Assembly: GCA_039028615.1 (NCBI GenBank)
Contig: JBCCHT010000046.1
Coordinates: 31,192 to 95,191, forward strand
Reading direction: 5' to 3'
Source of the DNA: Myxococcota bacterium
GTDB taxonomy: Bacteria > Myxococcota_A > Polyangia > Nannocystales > Nannocystaceae
DNA length: 64,000 nucleotides
Positions within the stretch are counted from its first letter, which is position 1; each line of letters opens with the position of its first letter. A program made the translations under genes and the position numbers. The notes beneath the pieces were generated by a model. It saw nothing but the letters and a program-made list of their open reading frames with translations. It had not been told where the DNA came from and searched no databases. Below are positions 1 to 9,365 of this stretch, in pieces.

Positions 1-998
1 ACGACGACGCCCTGGAGGTGTTGCGCCGCGTGGGCAACCTGCGGCTCGAGGCGATCCACGTGTGCAACTTGGGGACGCTGGAGCTCGAGCGGGGCGAGGG
101 CGACCGCGCGCGCGGTCACTTCGAGGCCTCGCAGCAGCTGCTCGAGCCCCTGGGCGACCGCCGCCTGCTCGCGATCGTGCGCGGGAACCAGGGCACATTG
201 GAGCACATGCAGGGGCGGCTCGAAGACGCTCGCCAATGCCACGAAGACGCGCTGGCAATCCTGCGCGAGGTCGGTGACCGACGCTCCGAGGCACTGTCGC
301 TCAGCCGCCTGGGTCGGGCCTGGGCCGAGCTGGGCTGGGTCGAGGACGCGCAGGGCTGCCTGGCTGCGGCCGGACGCCTGGTGGGGCGCTTTCCCGACGC
401 CATGGTCTCCGCCACCGTGGAGCTCGATCGGGGCTTCGTGGAGCTGGCCGAGGCCCGCAACAGCGAGCCCGAGCCGCGGGATGCCCTGCTACAAAAAGCC
501 CGCGATCGCATCGCCCAGGTCTCGCGCGCGGAGGCAGACAGCCCGGCGTGGATCGAGCGCTCGGACGACATTCGCTTCGCGGTGCACCTGCTCGAGCGCG
601 GCTTGGCCGACCTCGATGCCCAGTCCGCGCCCAGCGAGGCGCCGCCCCAGAACGCGGTGCTCGTGGGGCCGCAGGGACGCTGGCTGCAGGTCCCGGGGGA
701 ACAGGCGCAAGACCTCCGGCGCCGCAAGGCGATGCGGCTGATCTTGGATCGGCTGACCGACGAGCACCGCGCCAACCCGGGCGCTGGCCTGCCGCTGGAG
801 ACGTTGCTCGAGGTGGGGTGGCCCGGCGAGCGCGTCATGGCCAGCGCGGGAGCCAACCGCGTGTACGTGGCCCTGACCACGCTGCGCAAGATGGGCCTCC
901 GCAAGCTCTTGCTCAGTCGCGACGACGGCTACCTGCTCGACCCGGCGACCCCGGTCAAGCGGATCGAGGCCGACTGGGACGAGCGTCCGACCCCCTGA
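1..998 (+). CDS. TPR-repeat protein with C-terminal winged-helix-like domain (3' part; 5' end outside window), probable regulator
   Basis: Frame is open from the window start. TPR-like repeats (GNLGTLE.., GDRRSEA..LSRLGRA) are followed by a C-terminal LLEVGWPGE..ANRVYVALTTLRK..GYLL segment resembling an OmpR/SARP-type wHTH. Confidence 0.7.
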   Translation, partial: DDALEVLRRVGNLRLEAIHVCNLGTLELERGEGDRARGHFEASQQLLEPLGDRRLLAIVRGNQGTLEHMQGRLEDARQCHEDALAILREVGDRRSEALSLSRLGRAWAELGWVEDAQGCLAAAGRLVGRFPDAMVSATVELDRGFVELAEARNSEPEPRDALLQKARDRIAQVSRAEADSPAWIERSDDIRFAVHLLERGLADLDAQSAPSEAPPQNAVLVGPQGRWLQVPGEQAQDLRRRKAMRLILDRLTDEHRANPGAGLPLETLLEVGWPGERVMASAGANRVYVALTTLRKMGLRKLLLSRDDGYLLDPATPVKRIEADWDERPTP

Positions 999-1456
999 AT
1001 CCGCGAGCCCGAAAAATTCGTTCGCAAGAACTGGTGGATCTGACAGGTCCCCTCGGCGGCGCCCGGTGGTATGCCCATAGAGGCTCTTCCGACGCAGCGG
1101 CCAGCATCCGCCGCGTCGCTTCGGGGAGCTTTTGTGGGTGATGGGTGGAAGCGGAAGGCATGCGGCGGGGGCACGAGTGCGCTGAGGTGAGGATCGAAAG
1201 TGGGTGGGTCTTCGGTGGTCGGTAGGGCTTGGTGTGGAAGCCGAAGACAGTGGAATCGATCGTCATCGTTCAGTGGCTCGTGCCTTCGTCGCATCCGAGT
1301 ACTCGAGCGTCCTGCGGACCGCGAAAGGGTCGGGGGACCGCATCGTCGGGGCGTCCGCGTCGACCGACATCTCGACTTCCCTCTCGAGCTGTCGGGCCGT
1401 GGTGCCGGGCGCCTCCCGGGCCGGGGAGCCTGGGAGGCGCCTCGGGATCGGGGGGC

Positions 1457-2401
1457 TCAGGCTCGTTTCGTGGCGGGAAAGATGTCACCGTCGATGAAGC
1501 GTTCGCGGAGCCAGGTGTGCGCGGGGTCGTCGGCGAGCTGACGGGGCCACCACATCGACATGCCGATCTCGGGCAGGGGGATCGGGGGGTTGTGAACCTG
1601 CACGCCGAACAGCTCGCGCGCGCGGTGCCCCACGCTGCGGGCGATGGTGCAGATGAGATCGGAGTGCAGCACGGCCAGCGGAGCGGACACGAAGTGCGGC
1701 ACGCGAAGCGAGACGCGGCGGGTGAGGCCGTGGCGGTGCAGCACTCGATCGACGACCCCCTTGGACTTGCCCTCGATGCTCACCACCACGTGCTCGAGCG
1801 CGGCATAGCGGGCCCGGGTGAGGCGGCGGCCGGTGTTGGTGCCGATCTCGGGGTGATCGGGTCGAGCGATGACCACGAAGGGATCGCGGAACAGCTCCTG
1901 GTGACGAAGGCCCGCGCCGGCCAGCCCCGGCGATGACCCGGCGAACACGAGATCGAGCTGGCCCGACGCCAGGCGAGCGGCGGAGTCGGGGCCCAGCCGC
2001 TCGATCTGCACGTCGATGCCGGGCGCGCGCTCGTGGAGCAGCGGGAGTAGGTCGGGGACGGCGAGCAGTTCGAAGAAGTCGACCGACGCGATGGTGAAGC
2101 GCCGCGTTGCGGTGGTGGGATCGAAGTCGGGGGGGCCGGCCAAGGCGTCGCGAAGGCCATCGAGCGCGCGGGGCAGGGTCTGGGCGATCTCGCGGCCGCG
2201 GGGGGTCAGCGCCATCGTCCGGCCGGTCACGACCAGCAGCTCGTCGTCGAGCTGTGCCCGAAGCCGCCCGAGCGAGTGGCTCATCGCCGACTGGCTCACC
2301 CCCATGTGCTTGGCGGCCGCGCCCACGCTGCGCTCGCTCAGCAGCGCCTGCAACGCGGGCAGCAGATTCAGGTTCAGTGTCCTGAAATCGATATCCGTCA
2401 T
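1457..2401 (-). CDS. LysR-family transcriptional regulator (NodD/NahR-like)
   Basis: N-terminal HTH LNLNLLPALQALLSERSVGAAA..SQSAMSHSLGRLR; substrate-binding domain ending in ADDPAHTWLRE. Confidence 0.95.
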   Translation of the reverse strand: MTDIDFRTLNLNLLPALQALLSERSVGAAAKHMGVSQSAMSHSLGRLRAQLDDELLVVTGRTMALTPRGREIAQTLPRALDGLRDALAGPPDFDPTTATRRFTIASVDFFELLAVPDLLPLLHERAPGIDVQIERLGPDSAARLASGQLDLVFAGSSPGLAGAGLRHQELFRDPFVVIARPDHPEIGTNTGRRLTRARYAALEHVVVSIEGKSKGVVDRVLHRHGLTRRVSLRVPHFVSAPLAVLHSDLICTIARSVGHRARELFGVQVHNPPIPLPEIGMSMWWPRQLADDPAHTWLRERFIDGDIFPATKRA

Positions 2402-2458
2402 ATCTCAGATGATTAGTATTCAGTTTTCGTCATGCGTGGCAAGTGTCAGCGTGAGGGC

Positions 2459-4321
2459 ATGGAACTTCGAGATCCCGATGCCCTCGTCACGGGCGCCACC
2501 GGCCTCATCGGTCGCAATCTGTTGGTCTCGCTCACCGCTCGGGGTCGCACGGTGGCCGCGCTGGTCCGCAACGCGGCGGCGCGAGCGGAGATGCTGGCCG
2601 AGCACGTCGAGCGTCATGGCGGCGACCCTTCGCGGCTGAAGGTGATCGAGGGGGATCTCGATCAGGAGGGGCTGGGCCTCGCCCCCGCGCTCGATGGGGT
2701 TCGCGACGTCTTTCACTGCGCCGGACGCTTCGCCTTCGGCCTGAGCCCGGACGAGGCGGCGGCGGCCAACGTGGAGGGGAGCCTGCGCGTGGTTCGATGG
2801 GCGCATGCCCGGCCGGCGCTGCGTCGCCTCGTCTACGTGGGGGGTTACCGCATGACCGCATTGCCCTCGTGGGTGGGCACCGAGCGACCTCGGGGGCCGC
2901 TGCGTCGTCGGCTCTATCGACATTTCGGCGCCTACGAAGCTTCGAAGATCGAGGCCGGGCTCGCGGTGGACGAGCTCGCGGCCGAGCTCTCGCTGCCGCT
3001 CACGCGCATTCATCCCGCGACGGTCATCGGGCCGTCGACGACGGGCCACAGCGAGCAGACGATCGGCCTCGCCGAGACCATGGGGCGACTATGGCGGGGG
3101 CAGCTGCCCGCGTTGGTCGGCAACGAGCGGACCTTCGTCCCGGTGGTCACCGCGGACTATCTCGCCGATTTCATGGCCACGGCGGTCGAGCGTGAGGCCA
3201 CGGAGGGGCAGTCGCTGGTGGTCTTCGATCCCGATACGCCGCGCCTGCCTCGGTTGCTGCGCGAGGCGGCCGAGCACCTCGGCGTTCGTGCGCCACGCGT
3301 GTGCCTGCCCGTGGGCGCGGTGCGGGCCTTGCCGCGAGCGTTGACGGGGGTCGAGCCCGAGACGCTGAGCTTCTTGGCCGAGGACGACTACGACACGCGC
3401 ACCGCCCAGGCCCACGCCGACGCGGTCGGGCTCGTTCATCCTCCGCTGAGGCAGGCGATGGGGCGATGGCTCGATCACCTGGTCTCGACGCGCTTCGGCG
3501 AACAGCCGCAGGCGTCGCGGGGGCGACTGTGCTCGGTGGCGGGGAGCCGAACTTTTGCCGTGGGCGATCCCGGGCAGGCGAAGGCTCTGCTCCTACACGG
3601 CCTACCCTGGGACGGCGAGTGCTTTCGGGGCCTCGAGCAGCAGCTGCCCGATTCGGTCGCGCGCGTCGATCTCCCCGGCCTCGGTCGCTCGAGCCTCGCC
3701 TCGGGCGGAGCCGAAGGGCAGGGGGCGTGGCTGGACGCGCTGCTCGAACGACGGCGGTCACCCCTGGTGATCGTCGCGCACTCGCTGGCGTGCGAAATAG
3801 CGCTGCGATGGGCCCAGGACAACCCGCAGCGGGTCGAGTCGCTGGTGCTCGTTTCTCCCTATTTCATGCAGCGGCCCGCTCCGCTGTTCATGCGCATCCC
3901 CGCGTTGGTCTCGATGGCGATGCGCGGCATGAAGGCGGAGGACCTGCGTCGACGGCTCGTGCCCGAGGCCCCCACGGACGACATCGGGGTCGAGCGAGCG
4001 CTCGCGAGCGCAGCCGCTCAGCTGGCGCGGCCGGGCGTCGCTCGGCAGGTGGGCCGAAGCTTGGCCCGCGTCAGTGCATCAGGCCATCGCGCGGAGATGA
4101 ACGAAATATTGCGCAACATTTCTGCACGCGTGCCCGTGCAGATCATCCACGGCGAGCGGGACCCGCTGATCGAAGTCGTGCCCCAGCTGCATGTGCAGTG
4201 CGTTCCCGGAGCGGGGCACGACCTGCATGTGAGTCGGCCCGAGGTCATTGCACCCTTGCTCGCTCGCGAAACCGAGAGAGGTGCACCACGATCGGCTTCG
4301 GTGTCGCGCTCATGCGCTTGA
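2459..4321 (+). CDS. Extended SDR (NAD-dependent reductase/epimerase) fused to an alpha/beta hydrolase
   Basis: VTGATGLIG Rossmann motif and YEASK catalytic motif; C-terminal LLHG..., AHSLA nucleophile elbow, HGERD and GAGH. ATG at 2459 follows GAGGG. Confidence 0.85.
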   Translation: MELRDPDALVTGATGLIGRNLLVSLTARGRTVAALVRNAAARAEMLAEHVERHGGDPSRLKVIEGDLDQEGLGLAPALDGVRDVFHCAGRFAFGLSPDEAAAANVEGSLRVVRWAHARPALRRLVYVGGYRMTALPSWVGTERPRGPLRRRLYRHFGAYEASKIEAGLAVDELAAELSLPLTRIHPATVIGPSTTGHSEQTIGLAETMGRLWRGQLPALVGNERTFVPVVTADYLADFMATAVEREATEGQSLVVFDPDTPRLPRLLREAAEHLGVRAPRVCLPVGAVRALPRALTGVEPETLSFLAEDDYDTRTAQAHADAVGLVHPPLRQAMGRWLDHLVSTRFGEQPQASRGRLCSVAGSRTFAVGDPGQAKALLLHGLPWDGECFRGLEQQLPDSVARVDLPGLGRSSLASGGAEGQGAWLDALLERRRSPLVIVAHSLACEIALRWAQDNPQRVESLVLVSPYFMQRPAPLFMRIPALVSMAMRGMKAEDLRRRLVPEAPTDDIGVERALASAAAQLARPGVARQVGRSLARVSASGHRAEMNEILRNISARVPVQIIHGERDPLIEVVPQLHVQCVPGAGHDLHVSRPEVIAPLLARETERGAPRSASVSRSCA

Positions 4322-4482
4322 TCGGACTCGAACATCGAAGGGGTTCGTGAGCCTCGGTTTTTGTCGCGACGAGTCTCGCGTGCACTCGCTTCGTTGCCGT
4401 GTATGCTCCGGGTCGAAAAGCGGCGCGGCGGAGCTCGTATTTGGTTGCCGAACCGATCGCCGCTCACAACGAAAGAGAATCT

Positions 4483-7323
4483 ATGTCACGCGATTTCATC
4501 GAGCGTATCGATCGACGTCTGATCACCCTTGGTGCTGCGGCCCTCCTCGTCGGCTGTGGCTTGGCCGAGGACGGCAACGACTCTCTCGCGCCGCTTTTCG
4601 TATTCGACGGTGAGCCGGTTGGCCCCGTACCCGATGCCGCCGACGATCTGGCGGCCGAGGCTCGTCCCGTGCACATCCTGCCCGGCTTCGATCTCTGGGC
4701 CGAGGCGGTGGCGGGCACCGATGACGTGTCGCTCGAGTGGAACGACGAAGGGGCCCCGCAGTATGAAGTCTGGCGGAGCACGGCCCCCTATTTCGCCCCC
4801 GGAGACGCGGGGTCCACCCTGGTCACCACCACGGCCGCCATCACGGCCGTGGACGCGGGCGTGACCTGTGCCGGGTGTCCCAATCAGTACTATGCGGTCG
4901 TCGCCCAGGGAGCGAGCGCCACCACGTCGACCACCGTGGGGGTGCATACCCTGGACGTCGAGCCCGGCTACAACATGGTGCCGCTGAGCCTGGTCAACCC
5001 GGAGCTGTCCTCCGCATCGTCGCTATTGTCGATCGCGGGAGCGGGCTTCACCCACGCCATCTATTGGTGGGGTCCGGGGCAGTCGTGGATCTCGTGGTGG
5101 ACCGGCTCGCCCTATGGCGAGTGGACCCACAACCTGGGCGACACCCCGCTGGTCAACCTCTCGATCGCCTCGAGCCAGACGCGGGTCCTCACCGGTTATG
5201 TGCCGTCGCCCGACGAGATGTCGCTGCCGCTGTACACGGGCGACAACTTCGTCTCGCTGCCGCTGACCTACCCGCCGACGTCCGCCAGCGAGGTGATCGC
5301 CCTGGGGCCGCCGGGGTTCATCACCGCCGTGGGCGGCTGGGATCCGGTCACCCAGTCCCCTCGCTGGTATCCCGCCGACGGCGTCGATTTCGTCGTGGAG
5401 CCGGGCAGCAACCTCGCGCTCACCACCACGGGCCCCGGGCAGTGGCCGTTTTCGTTGTGCGGCAACGGGTCCGTCGACGAGTTCGAGGCCTGTGACGACG
5501 GCAACCTCGTCAACGGAGACGGCTGCGACAATACCTGTGCTCTCACTCCGCCCACGGTGGGTGACGACGCGTACCTCGTCGATCAAAACGGCTCGCTCGG
5601 CGTTGCGGCGCCGGGCGTGGTCGACAACGATGCCGCCTACGACGGCGGCGGCGTGATGGTGTCGGCCTTCGATGTCACTTCCGAGGCGGGCGGCACGGTC
5701 AGCGTCCAGCCCGACGGCTCCTTCCAGTACGATCCTCCCGCCGACTTCTGGGGCGAGGACCGGTTCTCGTACACCGCCCAAGACGCGGCCGGAGGCACGG
5801 CCAACGGCGAGGTCGAGCTCGTCGTACGACCCATCAACGTCCCGCTCATCGCCGTCCAGGGGGGCATGGGCGGCTTCTCCATCGACGGCGAGGCCCAGTT
5901 CGACCGGCTCGGTAACTCGGTATCCGGCGGCGGCGACGTCAACGGCGACGGCCTCGACGACGTGGTCATCGGCGCTTCGCTGGCCAGCACCAACGGGGTC
6001 GGCAGTACCGGGCGTGCCTACGTGGTGTTCGGCAAGACCACCACCGAGCCCGTGCTCACCTCCGAGCTCACCGCGGGCGCGGGCGGAGGCATCGCTCTCC
6101 AGCCGCTGAGCGCCTCCGGCAACCTGGGCGCCGCGGTCTCCATCGTGGGGGACCTCAACGGCGACGGCCTCGACGACGTGCTCGCGTCGGCGTCCAACCT
6201 CTATCTCACCGGCCTGGGCTACGTGCTCTTCGGGCGCACCGACGTGTTCGCCCACCAGGCCGAATGGTTGGACCAGGGCCTGGGCGGCTACGTCATCGAG
6301 GCGGACAACTTCACCTCGATGGGCAGCTCGGGCTTCTTCGGCGCGTCTTCGGCCGGAGCAGGCGACGTCAACGGCGATGGCATCCCCGACTTCGTGATGT
6401 CCGACTACCGCTTCTTCCTCGGCGACGCCCAGAGCAACACGGGGAGCACCTACGTCATCTTCGGTGCCGCCAGCGGGCCCCTGCGCACGAGCGACATGGT
6501 CTCCGGGGTCGGGGGCTTCGTCATCAACAACGAGTCGAGCGGCGTCGACCACACGGTGGTCTCGGCCAACGCCGCGGGCGACGTCAACGGCGATGGCCTG
6601 CAGGACATCATCGTGGGCGCGGCCGATGCCGACTTCGCCGGGAGCGATGCCGGACGGAGCTACGTGGTGTTCGGCAAGGCCGACGGGGCCGCGGTCGACC
6701 TGTCGGCGCTCGGCAGCGGTGGCTTCATCATCGACGGCGAGTCGGCCGACGATCACTCGGGCTACTGGGTCGACGGAGCCGGAGACGTCAACGGCGATGG
6801 GCTCGACGACGTGATCGTCGGGGCCTGGGCCGCATCGACCAACGGGCTGGCCTCGGGCAGCACTTACGTGGTGTTCGGCAAGACCGACGGCACCGCGGTC
6901 GACCTCGACGACATCGTCGCGGGCAACGGCGGCTTCGTGGTCTACGGCGCCAGTGCGCTCGACTACTCCAGCCAGCGCGCGGCGGCCGGGGTGGGTGACG
7001 TCAACGGCGACGGCATGGTCGATCTGGCCATCGGGGCGCGGTTGGCCGACGGCCCCGCGGGAGACACCTCGGGTCGGGCGTACATCGTCTACGGGCGCAA
7101 CACCGACACCTCGCCGGTCCAGCTCGCCGACATCGAGGCGGGCATCGGAGGCTTCACCCTCGATGGGGAGCAGGGCGAGCAAGCCGGGGCCGCCATCGAC
7201 GGGGCGGGCGACATCAACGGCGACGGCCTCGCCGACATCGTCGTCTCCGCGCCCTCGGCCCAGCCCAACGGGTTCTCGTCGGGGCGCGTGTACGTGGTCT
7301 TCGGCAGCCGCTCGTCGCTGTAG
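4483..7323 (+). CDS. Surface lipoprotein: myxobacterial Cys-rich repeat, Ig/cadherin-like domain and seven FG-GAP (integrin-alpha-like) repeats
   Basis: Lipobox-like LLVGC; CGNG..EACDDGNLVNGDGCDNTC; DDAY..ND..PDGSFQYDP..GEDRFSY (Big_9-like); seven D[VLI]NGDG..D motifs with GRAYVVFG-type segments. Confidence 0.88.
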   Translation: MSRDFIERIDRRLITLGAAALLVGCGLAEDGNDSLAPLFVFDGEPVGPVPDAADDLAAEARPVHILPGFDLWAEAVAGTDDVSLEWNDEGAPQYEVWRSTAPYFAPGDAGSTLVTTTAAITAVDAGVTCAGCPNQYYAVVAQGASATTSTTVGVHTLDVEPGYNMVPLSLVNPELSSASSLLSIAGAGFTHAIYWWGPGQSWISWWTGSPYGEWTHNLGDTPLVNLSIASSQTRVLTGYVPSPDEMSLPLYTGDNFVSLPLTYPPTSASEVIALGPPGFITAVGGWDPVTQSPRWYPADGVDFVVEPGSNLALTTTGPGQWPFSLCGNGSVDEFEACDDGNLVNGDGCDNTCALTPPTVGDDAYLVDQNGSLGVAAPGVVDNDAAYDGGGVMVSAFDVTSEAGGTVSVQPDGSFQYDPPADFWGEDRFSYTAQDAAGGTANGEVELVVRPINVPLIAVQGGMGGFSIDGEAQFDRLGNSVSGGGDVNGDGLDDVVIGASLASTNGVGSTGRAYVVFGKTTTEPVLTSELTAGAGGGIALQPLSASGNLGAAVSIVGDLNGDGLDDVLASASNLYLTGLGYVLFGRTDVFAHQAEWLDQGLGGYVIEADNFTSMGSSGFFGASSAGAGDVNGDGIPDFVMSDYRFFLGDAQSNTGSTYVIFGAASGPLRTSDMVSGVGGFVINNESSGVDHTVVSANAAGDVNGDGLQDIIVGAADADFAGSDAGRSYVVFGKADGAAVDLSALGSGGFIIDGESADDHSGYWVDGAGDVNGDGLDDVIVGAWAASTNGLASGSTYVVFGKTDGTAVDLDDIVAGNGGFVVYGASALDYSSQRAAAGVGDVNGDGMVDLAIGARLADGPAGDTSGRAYIVYGRNTDTSPVQLADIEAGIGGFTLDGEQGEQAGAAIDGAGDINGDGLADIVVSAPSAQPNGFSSGRVYVVFGSRSSL

Positions 7324-7399
7324 CTTCGGGCGCCCGCCCGACGACTCGTCACCGACGGCATCGACCTTCGCGGGGTCGGTGCCGTCGTCTCGCGCGGGG

Positions 7400-8272
7400 T
7401 CAGGGGGCCCGCGTGTGGGCGACGAAGGTCATGAACCCGGGGCCTGCCTCGGTGGAGCCCAGGGACGAGTCGAAGCGCTCGACGTCGATGAACCCCAGTC
7501 GCTGGAGCAGCTCGATGATCTCGGCGGTCTCGTAGGCCACGCTGGACAGCGCGTAGCGTCGTACCTGGCTCGTCTGCGCCTCGATGACGTGCCAGCGCTC
7601 CGTCTTCGTGTTCGTCTCTTCGTCCCAAAAGCGCTCGTGCAAGGTCAGGTGGGGCTTTGGCGAGAACAACCCCGAGGCCTTCGACGACCACGAGCGAGTC
7701 GGAGTGCCGTCGCCGCGAAGGTCGGCGGCAGTCTGGACTTCGAGCACCAGCGCGCCGCCGGGTCGCAGTGAAGCCGCCGCGGCCCGCACGATCGCCTCTG
7801 CCTGCTCCCGGCGGAACACGTTGAGCTGGCCGTAGATCAGCATCGCGAGGTCGAAGCCGAGTCCGAAGTCCCCTGCGCGCAGGTCGGCGTGCACGAAGTG
7901 GCAGGTCAGGCCCTGCGCCTGGGCCCGGCGATGGGCGTACTCGATGGAGGCCGGCCCGAAGTCGATGCCGACCCCCTGGTGGCCGAGCTCGGCCAAGCGG
8001 TGCAGGTACAGCCCGGGACCGCAGCCGAGGTCGAGCACGTTCGAGGCTCGCTCGGCGAGGACGCGCTCGTGAAGCCAGCGGACGTGGGTCTCGACCGTCG
8101 ATGCGCGCCGACTGGCGAGGTCATGCGCCTCGCTCAGGTGATGCTCCAGCATCCGAGCGCTGAACTCCGGATCGTCCCACGGGATGTTGTCGCCCTCGGC
8201 CCACGGCGACGGTGGGTCGGCCCGCTCGATGATCGCGTGCAGGTCCAGCGCCGACGGAGCTTCGGTGGCCAT
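7400..8272 (-). CDS. Class I SAM-dependent methyltransferase
   Basis: VLDLGCGPG motif I, GIDF, HADLR, LRPGGALVLE. Confidence 0.9.
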   Translation of the reverse strand: MATEAPSALDLHAIIERADPPSPWAEGDNIPWDDPEFSARMLEHHLSEAHDLASRRASTVETHVRWLHERVLAERASNVLDLGCGPGLYLHRLAELGHQGVGIDFGPASIEYAHRRAQAQGLTCHFVHADLRAGDFGLGFDLAMLIYGQLNVFRREQAEAIVRAAAASLRPGGALVLEVQTAADLRGDGTPTRSWSSKASGLFSPKPHLTLHERFWDEETNTKTERWHVIEAQTSQVRRYALSSVAYETAEIIELLQRLGFIDVERFDSSLGSTEAGPGFMTFVAHTRAP

Positions 8273-8460
8273 GCTTCTGTGTCGCACGAACGGGCGCTCG
8301 GGTCACGGTGCGAGGGCCTGGAAGGTCCTTTGCGGTAAGAAACGCACCGCTACGGGAATACGGTCTAGGCGTCTGCCGTGAGAAGACCCGGACGGACGCC
8401 CCGTCTCAGACCCGGCGGCCGGGAATATGTTTCGGCCGTCGGCTGCTAAGCTGCAAGCTC

Positions 8461-8958
8461 ATGAGTATCGCCGACCTCTTGCATTCGTTGGTCGAGGGCG
8501 GGCACCTGTCGCTGGCTGTGCTGGCGGCATTCCCCCTCGTGATCGGGTTGATCGCTTGGATCTTGGACAAGCGGGGGCAGGAGCGTGTGTCTCAGCTGGT
8601 GGCGAACTCGGGGATCGCGGTCGCGGTGATGTCGGTCGTGGTGCTGGTCTGCGCGCTCATCTGGAGCTCGAGCCACGGGATCAGCATGGTCGACATCGAT
8701 CTGCTGTGGATGCTGGCGCCGGTCTACTTGTTGATCGCGAGCTTCTTCGTGGAGAATTGGATTCACCCCGGAAAGCAGGACGCGATCCGCGGGCAGATTC
8801 GCGGGGTGGTGCTGATCATCATCGTCTTGGGGGTGCTCTATTGGGTGCTCTCGAAGATGCAGATCTGGATGTTGGTGCACACCGGGCTGCTGGGGTTGTT
8901 GATGTTCATCGCCGCCTTGGTGGGCATCCTCTACTTCCTCGTTCGCAAGGTCCTGTAG
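8461..8958 (+). CDS. Hypothetical integral membrane protein (about 5 TM segments)
   Basis: Successive hydrophobic segments; lies 13 bp upstream of the VOC gene on the same strand. Confidence 0.7.
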   Translation: MSIADLLHSLVEGGHLSLAVLAAFPLVIGLIAWILDKRGQERVSQLVANSGIAVAVMSVVVLVCALIWSSSHGISMVDIDLLWMLAPVYLLIASFFVENWIHPGKQDAIRGQIRGVVLIIIVLGVLYWVLSKMQIWMLVHTGLLGLLMFIAALVGILYFLVRKVL

Positions 8959-8971
8959 CGAGGGCTCGCCG

Positions 8972-9346
8972 ATGTTCGACCACGTCGTATTCGGCGTCCG
9001 CGACTACGCCGTGAGCAAGGCGTTCTTCCTCGAGGCCCTCGCCCCGCTGGGTGTCGAGGTCGTGTCCGAGGGTCCGCTGGGCGTCGAGATTTGCCGCCCG
9101 AACGACGAGACCTCGCTGTGCATTCGCAGAGTGCCGGAGCCCGAACCGGCGCACCTTCACCTGGCCTTCACCGCCGAAAATCGCCAGCAGGTGGACGCGT
9201 TCCATCGGGCGGCCCTGGCCGCGGGGGGCGAGGACAACGGCGCGCCCGGCCTACGCCCGCAGTATCACGCGCACTACTACGCCGCCTTCGTCATCGGTCC
9301 CGACGGGCACAACGTCGAAGTGGTGTGTCATCGACCCGAGGATTGA
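8972..9346 (+). CDS. VOC/glyoxalase family protein
   Basis: MFDHVVFGVRDY, HLHLAF, DNGAPGLRPQYH..YYAAFVIGPDGHNVEVV. Confidence 0.93.
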   Translation: MFDHVVFGVRDYAVSKAFFLEALAPLGVEVVSEGPLGVEICRPNDETSLCIRRVPEPEPAHLHLAFTAENRQQVDAFHRAALAAGGEDNGAPGLRPQYHAHYYAAFVIGPDGHNVEVVCHRPED

Positions 9347-9365
9347 GGCGAGGCGCCCGGACCCC

